From: Candidatus Latescibacterota bacterium
Lineage (GTDB): Bacteria; Latescibacterota; UBA2968
Reading direction: 5' to 3'
Assembly: GCA_965204375.1 (NCBI GenBank)
Contig: OZ241986.1
Coordinates: 3,232,001-3,296,000 of the forward strand
DNA: 64,000 nt
This document shows, piece after piece, positions 17,414 to 28,018 of the stretch. How positions within the stretch are numbered: the stretch's first letter is position 1; the number at the start of each line of letters is the position of its first letter. The notes under the pieces are model-generated. The model saw only the letters and a program-made list of their open reading frames with translations. It did not search any database and was not told the DNA's origin. The translations under genes and the position numbers were made by a program.

Positions 17414-18526
17414 TTACTCGTTGCGTGGGTCGGCTTCTAAGACAAGTTGGGTACCAAATACGTCCTCGCCACGCAAAATTTTGAGATTAAATGTATCGGC
17501 AACAGCCGCGTATCGAAAAGCATCTACGACATCATCAGCACTACTTGTATGTTTATCGTTGACCATCACAATCACATCGCCGGGCAGCAACCCGGCACTT
17601 TCGCCTGGGCTGAGGGGATCGACGACGGTGATCAAAGCACCTTTAATTGTCTGAACCCCAAGGGTGCGAGCAATGTGCGAGTTGATATTGTGAATGTCCA
17701 GCCCGGTCCAGAACTCGCGGCTACCCTGGTCAATGAGCTGGCAAGCCACCTGGATTGCGCGATCAATGGGCACTGCAAAACCGATGCCCAGCGATCCGCC
17801 CTGTGAAAAAATAAAAGAATTAACGCCAATAACTCGGCCGAGACTGTTCACCAGAGGACCGCCGCTGTTGCCCGGATTAATTGAAGCATCCGTTTGAATC
17901 ATACCTTTGTACGCGCGTTCGTTTTGCTCTGGGCGAACAATGCGATCTACTGCACTAATAACACCAACCGTAACGGTGGGGTTGAGATCTTCAAAGTGCA
18001 AGCCAAAAGGATTTCCAAGCGCGATTGCCCATTCGCCTATAATGACGCTTTCAGATGTCCCAATCTCGGGAACATAGAGGCTATCGGCATCGATCTGCAC
18101 AACTGCAAGGTCCCACTGGCGATCTATAAAAACGTCGAGAACATCAAAACCGCGCCCGTCGGGAAAAATTACAAAAATTTCTTTAGCACCATCGACAACA
18201 TGGCTGCTGGTCAGGATATAACCATCGGTCTGGATCACGAATCCCGAGCCGATTCCGGGAATGCGCTGCCTGTTGGACAAAGGTTCAAAGGGTTCAAAAA
18301 AGCGATCGGGATATCGGGGATAATCCCGATCGTAAACCGTATTGATACTAACGACGGCTGGCGCCACATTTTCAATCGCTCGAACAATGGCATTTCGGCG
18401 CGAAGTCTCAATACTTGTACTTACCGCGCTCGTGTTGGACGAAGACCGATTGAGCAGGGGAAATAGTGCCAGGCCAATGCACAGGCCCAATAGCAAAATC
18501 AGCAAGGGGTGCTTCACGGCACTCAT
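17414..18526 (-). CDS. HtrA/DegP-family serine protease with one PDZ domain
   Basis: GSGFVI, TSSHVV, IQTDASINPGNSGGPL. Confidence 0.93.
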   Translation of the reverse strand: MSAVKHPLLILLLGLCIGLALFPLLNRSSSNTSAVSTSIETSRRNAIVRAIENVAPAVVSINTVYDRDYPRYPDRFFEPFEPLSNRQRIPGIGSGFVIQTDGYILTSSHVVDGAKEIFVIFPDGRGFDVLDVFIDRQWDLAVVQIDADSLYVPEIGTSESVIIGEWAIALGNPFGLHFEDLNPTVTVGVISAVDRIVRPEQNERAYKGMIQTDASINPGNSGGPLVNSLGRVIGVNSFIFSQGGSLGIGFAVPIDRAIQVACQLIDQGSREFWTGLDIHNINSHIARTLGVQTIKGALITVVDPLSPGESAGLLPGDVIVMVNDKHTSSADDVVDAFRYAAVADTFNLKILRGEDVFGTQLVLEADPRNE

Positions 18527-18528
18527 CC

Positions 18529-19269
18529 TCACGGAAGTTCATCGTCGTAAATCACCCTTTCGAGAAACAAACCCTGGGCAGGAGCGGATTCTCCGGCACT
18601 TTGGCGGTTGCGAGCACCGAGAATATCGTGCATAGATTCGGCTGGTCGCGCCCCTCGGCCCATTTCTACGAGGGTGCCAACGATGCTGCGCACCATTGCG
18701 CGTAAAAAGCGATCACCGGAAATATGAAATGTTAGCCCGTCACTCTGCCGTTGCCAATCGCAGGTATAGACCTGGCAGACTCGATTTTCTTTTTCATTGG
18801 CCGCCACGCAAAAGGACGTGAAATCGTGCCGACCAATGAGAACTTTGCTCGCCCGTTTTATCACATTCAGGTCGAGTTTGCGACGTATATACCACGCATA
18901 GTGCCGGCCGATGGGCTGTTTGTTATACCGGATGCGATAAAAATAATAGCGGCGCTGGGCATCGAAACGCGCGTGAAAGTCAAGACCGACATAATCGGCT
19001 CTTTTGACGGCAACATCGGGTGGTAACATGCCATTGAGCGCGTGCTGCAAGCGATCGAGCGGAATATCGCGCGAAGGCGTAAAATTGACGACCTGCCCGA
19101 GTGCGTGAACGCCCGCATCTGTGCGACCAGACGCCGTAACCGAGATCGATGCACCATAGAGTTGCTCAAGGCGTGCCTGAAGTTCGCCCTGGACCGTGCG
19201 CTGGTCGGGCTGAATTTGCCAGCCCTTAAAGTCGGTTCCATCGTATTCGAGCGTCAGGCGAATCTGCAT
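18529..19269 (-). CDS. truA: tRNA pseudouridine(38-40) synthase
   Basis: YDGTDFKGWQ, GRTDAGVHA, FLRAMVR. Confidence 0.96.
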   Translation of the reverse strand: MQIRLTLEYDGTDFKGWQIQPDQRTVQGELQARLEQLYGASISVTASGRTDAGVHALGQVVNFTPSRDIPLDRLQHALNGMLPPDVAVKRADYVGLDFHARFDAQRRYYFYRIRYNKQPIGRHYAWYIRRKLDLNVIKRASKVLIGRHDFTSFCVAANEKENRVCQVYTCDWQRQSDGLTFHISGDRFLRAMVRSIVGTLVEMGRGARPAESMHDILGARNRQSAGESAPAQGLFLERVIYDDELP

Positions 19270-19510
19270 AATAACGGCCCGCACCAAACGCGAAGAGAGA
19301 ACGATCCCAACTTCCACAAAAAGCATACAGTAGAAACTCAGTTTCGAACAGTTTTGCAAATATACCATCTCACATGGTGAAAGTCAATGACGAAAAGGGA
19401 GAACATTTTTTTCAGACAAGTGAACAGTTTTTTCCCAAAATAGCTGAATGAGCACGCCATGAGAGATGGCACGAAAATTGCCACAATACGGGATCAAAAA
19501 AGGAAACAAC

Positions 19511-21883
19511 ATGAGACGACCCGCATTGTGGACTGCGCTGTACTTTGCTTTGGGAATCGGCTTACACAGGTATATTGGGGTGTTTCCAGTCCCCACCATG
19601 CTCTGTGCCTTTGCGGTTATTTGCATTTGTGGCGTGGGGCTGTGGAGAAACTGGAATAAGGGAAAGATGAGCATCCTTTTTGCGGGCCTTCTCATTTTGC
19701 TGGGTGCATTGAGAAGCGCGCAGAGCCTGGAACGCGCTGTAGATCACTTTGCCCAGTTCTTACCTGCAGACCGCACACTTGCCGAAGTCGAAGGATTGGT
19801 ATCATCGGACCCCGAAAACATCGATGGCGATTATCGCACCGTCTTTGACGTACTTCAAATCGTCTTCAAAGACACGGCACGCGCTGTAAGCGGCAGGGCG
19901 CTAATCAGGTTTAAGGCGGGTACTGCATTGCCCACCTACGGGGATCGAATGCAATTGCAGATACAGCTTTATCAACCGGATCCCCCGAGAAATCCAGGCG
20001 CATTTGATTACCGGGAATTCCTGAAGCGAAGGGGCATTGATGCTCTGGGCACGGTGCAAAAGCCTTTTCAGATTATTGCACAGCGACGCGAAAAAGACGA
20101 CTGGTGGGCGCAGATCGTATTACCCGTCAGAAATCTCATTCGCCAGGCAATTGAGCAGAATCTTTCCGGCGGGCCTGCTGGCCTCCTGAAAGGGGTGCTT
20201 TTGGGCGCAAAACACGCTGTGCCCGAAGAAGTCAAAACCGCATTTACGCAAACCGGCGTCAACCACGTCTTAGCGGTGTCTGGACTTCACGTGGGATTGA
20301 TTGCTGGAGCTATATTTTTCTCGCTAAAGATACTGGGAATCGGGCGGGCTATCACTGCCGCATTGACGATCTGCGCGCTGGTATTTTACGCGCTGATAAC
20401 CGGGTTGCCCCCTTCAGTCGTGCGCGCTTCGACAATGGGCTGTGTGGCACTTTTGGGCATAGTGGGACAACGCGATATAGACGGAGGAAACATCCTGGGC
20501 ATAGCGGGTTTGGGGCTGTTAATCGCTCGACCGCAGGATTTATTCGACGTGGGTTTTCAACTGTCATTTGTAGCCACGGGCGGCATTTTGATCTTTTATC
20601 GGCCATTGCGCGATCTGTTACCCCAAAAAAAGGGATGGTACGATACCTGTATCGCTGGACCGCTGGCTGTTTCTCTCGCCGCTCAAGCAACGACCCTTCC
20701 CTTTATTGTGGCATATTTTGGGCTGGTATCGGTCATTGGCCTGATTGCTAATTTAATTGTCGTACCGCTCATAGGCGTTGGCGTTGGACTGGGACTCCTG
20801 ACTGTATTGGCTTTCGCCTGTTGGGAACCCATAGCGACGGTATTAAACGCCGCGAATTGGCTCATTTTGAGCACGGCAATCAAATGTACAGAATTTATGG
20901 CCAAGCCAGAGTGGGCTGCCTTTGAAATAGCGCGTCCCTCCTGGGTTATCTTTGCTATTTATCTGGTCCTGCTTCCTCTGATTCACTCTACTGCCAGACG
21001 ACTTTGGGGTACTTATTGTCTCATAATCGCCCTTGTTCTGGCAAATATCGGGATTTGGAAAAATATCTGGCAAACAGAATCAGCCCTTGAAGTCTATTTT
21101 CTCGATGTCGGTCAGGGCGATGCCATTTTTTGCAAATACCCAAATGGGCTAACACTTCTGGTCGATGGTGGTATTCGCACGCAATATACCGACATGGGAG
21201 AGCGCGTGATTCTCCCATTTCTCAAAAGTCAGAGTATTGATCATATCGATGTCGTGGTTGGATCTCATCCACATGCCGATCATATTGGTGGCCTGATTTC
21301 CATTTTGGAACACCTATCGGTAGGTCATTATCTCGACGCGGGACAGCACGTCGATTCTTTTACGGGCAAACGGCTTCAAGAGGTCGTAAAGACAAAAGGT
21401 ATCAGATATCATACTGTGGCTGCGGGAGATAGTCTGGTGGGTATTGGCGGTCTGGTCCTCCATCCGACATCGGCTTATGTTTCCAACTCGGGACCGGCAC
21501 CTGATGGCGTGAATAATGGTTCGGTCGTCATTCGAATCGTCTATCGGGGAACATCGATATTGTTGACCGGAGACATAGAGCACGAGACAGATGGCGACCT
21601 GATGCGCTGGGACCATCGTCTGCGCTCAAGCATCCTCAAAGCAGCGCACCACGGCTCGCGCACTTCCTCGACGCCCGAATTTCTCGCGGGTGTCAATCCC
21701 AGCATTGTGGCCATATCGTGCGGAAAAAACAATAAGTTCCGACATCCTTCGCCAGAAGTTGTGCAGCGCTTTCACGAGATGGGGATACAAATTTGGAGAA
21801 CCGATCATTCGGGTGCAATCGCAGTGAGAATAGATCGTGGACACATCGATATCGTGCCGTGGATAAAGAATAATGAACCTTAG
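19511..21883 (+). CDS. comEC: ComEC/Rec2 competence DNA-uptake channel
   Basis: NPGAFDY, HVLAVSGLHV, GFQLSF, MBL domain SHPHADHIGG and HHGS. Confidence 0.95.
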   Translation: MRRPALWTALYFALGIGLHRYIGVFPVPTMLCAFAVICICGVGLWRNWNKGKMSILFAGLLILLGALRSAQSLERAVDHFAQFLPADRTLAEVEGLVSSDPENIDGDYRTVFDVLQIVFKDTARAVSGRALIRFKAGTALPTYGDRMQLQIQLYQPDPPRNPGAFDYREFLKRRGIDALGTVQKPFQIIAQRREKDDWWAQIVLPVRNLIRQAIEQNLSGGPAGLLKGVLLGAKHAVPEEVKTAFTQTGVNHVLAVSGLHVGLIAGAIFFSLKILGIGRAITAALTICALVFYALITGLPPSVVRASTMGCVALLGIVGQRDIDGGNILGIAGLGLLIARPQDLFDVGFQLSFVATGGILIFYRPLRDLLPQKKGWYDTCIAGPLAVSLAAQATTLPFIVAYFGLVSVIGLIANLIVVPLIGVGVGLGLLTVLAFACWEPIATVLNAANWLILSTAIKCTEFMAKPEWAAFEIARPSWVIFAIYLVLLPLIHSTARRLWGTYCLIIALVLANIGIWKNIWQTESALEVYFLDVGQGDAIFCKYPNGLTLLVDGGIRTQYTDMGERVILPFLKSQSIDHIDVVVGSHPHADHIGGLISILEHLSVGHYLDAGQHVDSFTGKRLQEVVKTKGIRYHTVAAGDSLVGIGGLVLHPTSAYVSNSGPAPDGVNNGSVVIRIVYRGTSILLTGDIEHETDGDLMRWDHRLRSSILKAAHHGSRTSSTPEFLAGVNPSIVAISCGKNNKFRHPSPEVVQRFHEMGIQIWRTDHSGAIAVRIDRGHIDIVPWIKNNEP

Positions 21884-21905
21884 GCATTGTTGGGTAAAAA
21901 CAAAG

Positions 21906-21937
21906 AAAAAAAGCGATCCAAATAGGATCGCTTTTTT
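21906..21937. terminator. bidirectional intrinsic terminator
   Basis: A-run-GCGATCC-aaata-GGATCGC-T-run. Confidence 0.8.
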
Positions 21938-21941
21938 GTAG

Positions 21942-22138
21942 AGGTGGATGAAGGGTTCTTTCCCATCAGCCTTCGCTGATTGGGGTGCACCAAAATAGGG
22001 ATGTGGTTTCTTCAGTATATCGGCCAGTACTATAGTATTATCTCCCCCGGTAATACCATAATTTGACCGTCAAAGGCCAACCCAAATTCCTCCTGGACCA
22101 ATTCAGGGCTGGAAGGTTAGAGCAACCTCCACCCACCT
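21942..22138 (-). ncRNA. candidate structured non-coding RNA (~200 nt; possibly 6S-like)
   Basis: Ends pair (AGGUGGGUGGAGG / CCUUCAUCCACCU) using G-U pairs that work only on the minus strand; several internal hairpins; own promoter and terminator; no ORF. Confidence 0.55.
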
Positions 22139-22208
22139 AAATAGAAATACCTGTAACCATATTAAAAATATAAAGATACAGAAAAAATTTCTTTTGAAGC
22201 ACGCATAG

Positions 22209-22237
22209 AATATATATAGTGAAAGTCCGCTCGTCAA
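22209..22237 (-). promoter_or_regulatory. sigma70-like promoter facing the ncRNA candidate
   Basis: TTGACG-N17-TATATT on the minus strand. Confidence 0.6.
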
Positions 22238-22370
22238 CTACTAAATTGCCCTTTAATGTCGGTTTTTTTTGGGTGATTGAAATAAGGTCTTGAAACTTAA
22301 GGACATCGCCAACAAAAAAAATTTTACGGGGTTTTCCCGCACGGATATTCGGGCTGGATGTACGATCCCG

Positions 22371-23339
22371 CTATTTATGAGATTCTTCCCAAATCCCCAT
22401 TCGATTGAATTTTTCAACCCGCAATTTTGGAAGATTTTCAACGGGTATTTTGACAATCTCTGCAAGAGCATCTGAAACGGCTTTTTTGAGATTTTGCGCG
22501 GCCAACTCAAAGTTGCGATGTGCCCCCCCATAAGGCTCTGGCACAATGCTATCAATGACACCGAGGTCCAGGAGATCTTCAGCCGAGATTTTCATGGCTT
22601 CTGCGGCTTCTGTGCGTTTGTCGCGGTTGCGCCAGAGAATGAGTGAACAGGATTCGGGATTGATCACAGAGTACCAGGCATTTTCGAGCATGAGGATTTG
22701 GTCACCCACCCCAATGCCGAGTGCTCCCCCACTCGCGCCCTCACCGATAATAGCAACGACAACAGGAACGGGCAACCGTGCCATCTCAAAAAGGTTGCGA
22801 GCAATGGCTTCTGATATGCTTCGCTGTTCCGAAGCCAGTCCTGGAAACGCGCCTGGCGTATCGACCATACAAAGCACGGGCCGGCCAAATTTGGCAGCCA
22901 ATTGCATCAACCTCAGGGCTTTGCGATAACCTTCCGGATGTGGAAGGCCAAAATTGCGCTTGAGATTCTCGCTTGTATTGCGCCCTTTTTGTTGCCCGAT
23001 AACGACGATGGGTTGGCCTTCAAAATACGCCAACCCCCCGATAATCGCCTGATCATTCCCACTACAGCGATCGCCGTGCAATTCGATAAAATCAGAAGTT
23101 ATGCGGTCGATATAGTCCAGCGAATAAGGACGCTGAGGGTGGCGCGATAGCTGATACTTTTGCCACCGCGTGAGATTGCGAAAAATCTCGCGTTCGAGTT
23201 TCGCGCGGCGTTTCTCGAGAACTTCAATTGCGTCAGTCACATCCAGACCTTCCGCTTTGGCCCGTTCCCGAAGCGCGGCGATTTTCTCCTCCAACTCGGC
23301 CAGTGGCTGTTCAAAATCGAGATAAGATCGGTCGCTCAT
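22371..23339 (-). CDS. accA: acetyl-CoA carboxylase carboxyltransferase alpha subunit
   Basis: YLDFEQP, RHPQRPY, GYRKALR, IGEGASGGALG. Confidence 0.97.
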   Translation of the reverse strand: MSDRSYLDFEQPLAELEEKIAALRERAKAEGLDVTDAIEVLEKRRAKLEREIFRNLTRWQKYQLSRHPQRPYSLDYIDRITSDFIELHGDRCSGNDQAIIGGLAYFEGQPIVVIGQQKGRNTSENLKRNFGLPHPEGYRKALRLMQLAAKFGRPVLCMVDTPGAFPGLASEQRSISEAIARNLFEMARLPVPVVVAIIGEGASGGALGIGVGDQILMLENAWYSVINPESCSLILWRNRDKRTEAAEAMKISAEDLLDLGVIDSIVPEPYGGAHRNFELAAQNLKKAVSDALAEIVKIPVENLPKLRVEKFNRMGIWEESHK

Positions 23340-23489
23340 GAATGATCGTCCTTTCAAAGAAGACGAATAGACGAATAGACGAACCCCGCCCAACCACCCA
23401 AAATCACTACGAGCTTCGATTCGTTGATGAACTGGCCTGAGAGGCGGCCAGTTGTACACCGTTTCGTTGATTCGTTGATTCGCTGATTC

Positions 23490-24692
23490 TCATAAAAGTG
23501 CGGTCAAAGCCGCTTCAATGCGATCCATGCCCCGGGCAATTTGCTCGGGTGACGCGGCATAGGAAAACCGCAGATACCCCGGCGCGCCAAAACCCGTACC
23601 GGGAACGCAGGCGACACGCGCTTCTTCAAGCAGAAAATTGCAAAGTGCAACATCGCTGTCAATGCGCCCGCAAGACGACGACTTGCCAATATATTTAGAG
23701 ATATCGGGAAAAACATAAAACGCGCCCTGGGGCATATTGCAAGACACGCCCGGCATCTGATTGAGACGAGAAACGATTTGATTGCGTCGTTTAACATAAG
23801 CTTTTCGCATCACTTCGACACAATCTTGAGGGCCTGTAAGTGCTTCGATCGCGGCGTATTGGGAAATCGAGCACGTATTTGTAGTCTCCTGAGTCTGGAC
23901 TTTAATCATCAGATCGATCAAATTCTGGGGACCTGCGCCATACCCCACGCGCCATCCGGTCATCGCATAGGATTTTGATACGCCATTAACCGTCAGCGTT
24001 TTATCTGCCAACTCGGGCAACAAAGCCGCAATAGACACATGCTCTGCCTCTTCGTAGAGGAGCTTTTCGTAGATTTCATCGGCAATCACATAAATATTAG
24101 CACCCGCAATCACATCGGCCAGTGCATTCAGATTTTCACGGGTATAAACACTTCCCGTCGGATTGCAGGGACTATTTAAAAGCACAAATTTTGTTCGTGG
24201 AGTAATAGCATCCTGGAGTTGTCGCGCCGTCATGCAAAAATCCGAGTCTTGCGTAGTCGGCACAATGATCGGATTGCCACCCATTAAGCGCACCTGATCG
24301 GCATAGCTCGTCCAATAAGGAGCGGGAATAACGGCTTCGTCCCCCTCCTCTATTAAAACAATAATGGCGTCAAAGATGGTTTGTTTTGCCCCACACGTCA
24401 CGATAATTTGTGAGGGGTCATAATACAAATTATTGTCGCGCTCAAATTTGTCACATATCGCGAGTTTGAGTTCGGGAATACCCGACGCGGGATTGGTATA
24501 TCGCGTATGGCCCGCATTAATAGCCCGAATCGCAGCATCTCTTATATGTTCAGGGGTCTCAAAATCGGGTTCACCCGCAACGAGAGAAATGAGATCAACG
24601 CCCTGTCGTTTCAGTTCTCCTGCCCTGGCAAAAGCCGAAACCGTCGCAGAAGCCTGGATATTGAGAACGCGCTGTGTAAAAGGAGATTTCAT
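23490..24692 (-). CDS. aspC: aspartate aminotransferase (class I/II PLP)
   Basis: GEPDF, NSPCNPTG, DEIY, SKSYAMTGWRVG. Confidence 0.85.
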   Translation of the reverse strand: MKSPFTQRVLNIQASATVSAFARAGELKRQGVDLISLVAGEPDFETPEHIRDAAIRAINAGHTRYTNPASGIPELKLAICDKFERDNNLYYDPSQIIVTCGAKQTIFDAIIVLIEEGDEAVIPAPYWTSYADQVRLMGGNPIIVPTTQDSDFCMTARQLQDAITPRTKFVLLNSPCNPTGSVYTRENLNALADVIAGANIYVIADEIYEKLLYEEAEHVSIAALLPELADKTLTVNGVSKSYAMTGWRVGYGAGPQNLIDLMIKVQTQETTNTCSISQYAAIEALTGPQDCVEVMRKAYVKRRNQIVSRLNQMPGVSCNMPQGAFYVFPDISKYIGKSSSCGRIDSDVALCNFLLEEARVACVPGTGFGAPGYLRFSYAASPEQIARGMDRIEAALTALL

Positions 24693-24809
24693 TTGAAGTG
24701 TGATCCGCAGATGAACGCAGATAAACGCAGATAAAAAAGAAGGGCTGTGAAGTGTAATAAAGCACCCGCCCAGGGGTGATGTTGGGTGGGGTATTCTTAA
24801 TTCGTAATT

Positions 24810-26006
24810 CTATGTCGTGTACTCCGCATTTATGCGGACGTAGTCATAAGTCAAATCACAGGTATAAATGGTAGCCGATGCCTCGCCGATATTCAAATTG
24901 ATGTCGATATCTATATCGGAAGCACCCAGAGCTTCGATAGCGTGGTCCTGGTCAAAAGGAAGACCACTACCATTATCATAAATGGGGATGCCAGCCATTG
25001 AAACGGCTGTGCGATCGGGATCAATAGCAACACCGGCATAACCCGCTGCGCACAAAATTCGCCCCCAGTTGGGATCGCGCCCAAAAACAGCGGTCTTAAC
25101 GAGATTCGAGTTGGCGACAGACAGCCCCACAGTGCGTGCATCGGCTGCTGTGGGCGCGCCATCAACGCGAACCGTGATAAGTTTGGTCGCACCTTCGCCA
25201 TCGCGTGCAATTTGTTTGGCCAGACTAATACAGACTGCATTGAGCGCAGCCTGGAAGACCCGAAGGTCTTCGCCCGAAAGTTCGCTCTTCCTCGCCGCGC
25301 CATTTGCCAGAGCCAGAACCGTATCATTGGTACTCATATCGCCGTCAACAGTAATACAATTGAAAGATTGTGTTACAGCTTCACAAAGCGCGTTTTGGAG
25401 CACCTCAGGGGAAATATCTGCATCTGTAAGCACAAAAGCGAGCATAGTCGCCATATTTGGTGCAATCATACCCGCGCCCTTGGCTATCCCCGCAATGGTA
25501 ATTTCGCACCCATCTATTTCACATCTCACAGATGCTTTTTTGGGCACAGTATCAGTCGTCATAATCCCCTCTGCGGCATCGTCCCATCCCTCAACACTGA
25601 GTTGAGGAATGATATTTCGGATACCCGCTTCAAGGCACGCCATTGGCAAAGGCACACCAATGACCCCCGTCGAATTGACCAGCGCATCTTCTGGTGCAAC
25701 ATCCAACCCACTGCCCACCCATTGCGCCATCTGGCGCGCATCGGCCATGCCCTGATCTCCGGTACACGCATTGGCATTTTTGCTATTGATCACAATGGCT
25801 CGCGCCCGTCCATTTTGCAAATGTTCCCTATTGAGATGCACGGGTGCTGCACACACGCGATTTGTCGTAAACATCCCCGCTGCCGAAGCCGCTCGATCAG
25901 AGACAATAAGCGCGAGATCTTTGTCATCCCCTTCTTTGAGACCACAATGAAGCCCCGCGGCCACATAACCTTTCGGAGGATAGATGGTATTTTCTATAAT
26001 GTTCAC
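24810..26006 (-). CDS. argJ: bifunctional ornithine acetyltransferase / N-acetylglutamate synthase
   Basis: IMTTDT, AKGAGMIAPNMATML, DGEGATK, YVRINAEY. Confidence 0.97.
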   Translation of the reverse strand: MNIIENTIYPPKGYVAAGLHCGLKEGDDKDLALIVSDRAASAAGMFTTNRVCAAPVHLNREHLQNGRARAIVINSKNANACTGDQGMADARQMAQWVGSGLDVAPEDALVNSTGVIGVPLPMACLEAGIRNIIPQLSVEGWDDAAEGIMTTDTVPKKASVRCEIDGCEITIAGIAKGAGMIAPNMATMLAFVLTDADISPEVLQNALCEAVTQSFNCITVDGDMSTNDTVLALANGAARKSELSGEDLRVFQAALNAVCISLAKQIARDGEGATKLITVRVDGAPTAADARTVGLSVANSNLVKTAVFGRDPNWGRILCAAGYAGVAIDPDRTAVSMAGIPIYDNGSGLPFDQDHAIEALGASDIDIDINLNIGEASATIYTCDLTYDYVRINAEYTT

Positions 26007-26051
26007 AAAACACCTCAATTGTAATAATTCGGAATGTCTGTCTCTCTAATC

Positions 26052-26619
26052 TCAGTACCCAGGTACGCCGGTCTTATCGCCAATCCAATCAATCATGTCA
26101 CGGAATGCCGGACACTGTTTCGCTATCTCTCGCAAGTCTGCATTTCTGAGAATGGCATTGCTATCCGAATTTTCAAGATAGGCTCGCTTAAGATGCCGCA
26201 GAAAGAGTTCCTCAACAATTTTCTTTGGGGGCCTGTTTTGGTTTTGATCCTCAGGAGGCCGCCGCCAACCGCTGGGCCTGTTCCGCATCTTAAGTCGGGA
26301 TTGAAGTTGACTCGTCGCAGCGAGGAGAAGCACTTCCAAATCGTATTTCAACGCACTGGCATAAAAACGCGCCATGTGGCTATCAACGTCAGCCCTTCTG
26401 ACCTGCTGTTGTAAATTCTGTTTTACGAGTTGCGTTTGCACATCTTGAAGTTGTTTCAAATTGTCGTGTTTGTAGTCCGTATTCGCGTATTCTCGATTAG
26501 GGTAGAGATCCGGTAATCCCACAGCCAGATCGCTTGTATCATACAACAACTTCCTGATCACTCGGGGGCCAATATTTCTGAAATAGTTGGACTTGTTTCC
26601 AAGAGATATTAGCTGAATG
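26052..26619 (-). pseudogene. DUF4276-like partner nuclease, apparently 5'-truncated
   Basis: GLPDLYP, KYDLEVLLLA, PEDQN, CPAF motifs; frame open upstream of the GTG (IQLISLGNKSNYFR) into the ATPase end, with no N-terminal VEG motif. Confidence 0.55.
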
Positions 26620-27913
26620 CGCCGGCCTCCAGTTCGCCGGAGCGGTGAAGGTCGCCCAGGGTTTCGCCGGTAATGTTGTCGAGCATTGGCAAAAGCGTAT
26701 TACGACTCGCGGGACGATGCCACACGACCTTTGCGTCATATATATCCCGCGCCATCACGGCTACATCACCTATCTCAAAACAGTTGAGCAAGTCCGGGCT
26801 ATGCGTCGTCACGAGCACCTGGGTGCGCTCAGCCGCTAACTTGATCATTTCTGCCACAATCGGCAACAGGCCGGGATGCAAGCCCAATTCCGGTTCGTCA
26901 ATCGCCACCAAGAGTGGAGGGTGCGGATCCAATAGGGCAGTCGCCAAGCAAAGGAATCGCAGCATACCGTCCGACAACTCCCACAACTCCATAGAGCGGG
27001 ACATGCCCTTCTCTCGCACCCTGACGAGCACTTGTGCTGGCGTTCCATACGTGGTATCACAATGAATTTCCTCAAATGCAGGATAGGCTACGCGCAGAAA
27101 ATCGCGTAACTCTTCTGCTGATGAACGGTAATCATATCGGGTCAGGATTTCGTGTAGCACGGTACCCAAATTGTCGCCGTTAGTCGATAATGCTGTAACC
27201 GGTCTGATATCGGCGGCCCTGGTGCGGAGCGCGGAAGACCGTGTTACATCGAAACCCGGATAGAACGCCATGTTTGCCAATAGAACGCGTACCCAGGAGG
27301 GAATGGGAAACTCGTTGAAGAATCGGATTTGTGAAAGCAACAACGCAGGCTCCTGTTGTACTGATTGCAGCAGACCGCTTTTTGAGGTGGCTTCCACCGA
27401 ATCGGACTCGCGGACAGCATCAGGGGAAGATTGTGCTTCATCAAACGGTACCAATTGACGTCGTTTTCTGTCAAATATGCGTCGTTGATCCGGAGTTGCT
27501 TCCAGTAATGTGGAGGAATCGCCATATCCTTGCATTGGTTCTCGATACCTGAGAACCTCGTATTGCGGGTACATCTGGCTCTGTGCATCGGCCTGGAGAA
27601 CGACCTCGTACACCAAGGACTGTCCCTTTTCCAATGGAACAGTATTCCACGGAATCGCCGCGGACTTATGAAAAGTGATCTTCCAAGTCAACCGTCGATT
27701 TTCGTTCCCTACTGTAAGAAGAGAGGCTGTCCCCCCTTGCCAACTCATTGCGGCATTTACCGGTACCGTGTTACACCGAGCAATCAGTTCTAAGCAACTA
27801 ATTAGCGTGCTCTTGCCAACGGCATTCGCCCCTATAACTACTGTTAGCTGTGTGAGATCGGCCTCAAACTCGTCGAGAAGCCGGTAGCCCCCGATCTCGA
27901 TTTGTGTAATCAT
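26609..27913 (-). CDS. AAA_21-like ABC-family ATPase
   Basis: GANAVGKST, LSDGMLR, IDEPELGLHP, TTHSP. Confidence 0.88.
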   Translation of the reverse strand: MITQIEIGGYRLLDEFEADLTQLTVVIGANAVGKSTLISCLELIARCNTVPVNAAMSWQGGTASLLTVGNENRRLTWKITFHKSAAIPWNTVPLEKGQSLVYEVVLQADAQSQMYPQYEVLRYREPMQGYGDSSTLLEATPDQRRIFDRKRRQLVPFDEAQSSPDAVRESDSVEATSKSGLLQSVQQEPALLLSQIRFFNEFPIPSWVRVLLANMAFYPGFDVTRSSALRTRAADIRPVTALSTNGDNLGTVLHEILTRYDYRSSAEELRDFLRVAYPAFEEIHCDTTYGTPAQVLVRVREKGMSRSMELWELSDGMLRFLCLATALLDPHPPLLVAIDEPELGLHPGLLPIVAEMIKLAAERTQVLVTTHSPDLLNCFEIGDVAVMARDIYDAKVVWHRPASRNTLLPMLDNITGETLGDLHRSGELEAGAFS

Positions 27914-28018
27914 GATTTATTACCCTATTTTTACCGGGACATGCCTGTATTTGCTTTCAGTCTTCAGATTCTTGTTTTGCTTCCCCTTCGTGTCCTTCGT
28001 GCCCTTCGTGGATATCCA

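Noticed and set aside
21960-21969. 10-nt match (TTCCCATCAG) between the putative TnpB guide flank and the ncRNA region
   Set aside because: Too short to distinguish from chance in 64 kb.
22101-22126. CAGGGCTGGAAGG resembling SRP RNA helix 8
   Set aside because: The stem pairs poorly, AGCA is mis-spaced, and the G-U pattern favours the opposite strand.
22219-22232. GAAAGTCC resembling the RNase P RNA core
   Set aside because: It lies in the promoter spacer, and the rest of an rnpB would have to overlap accA.
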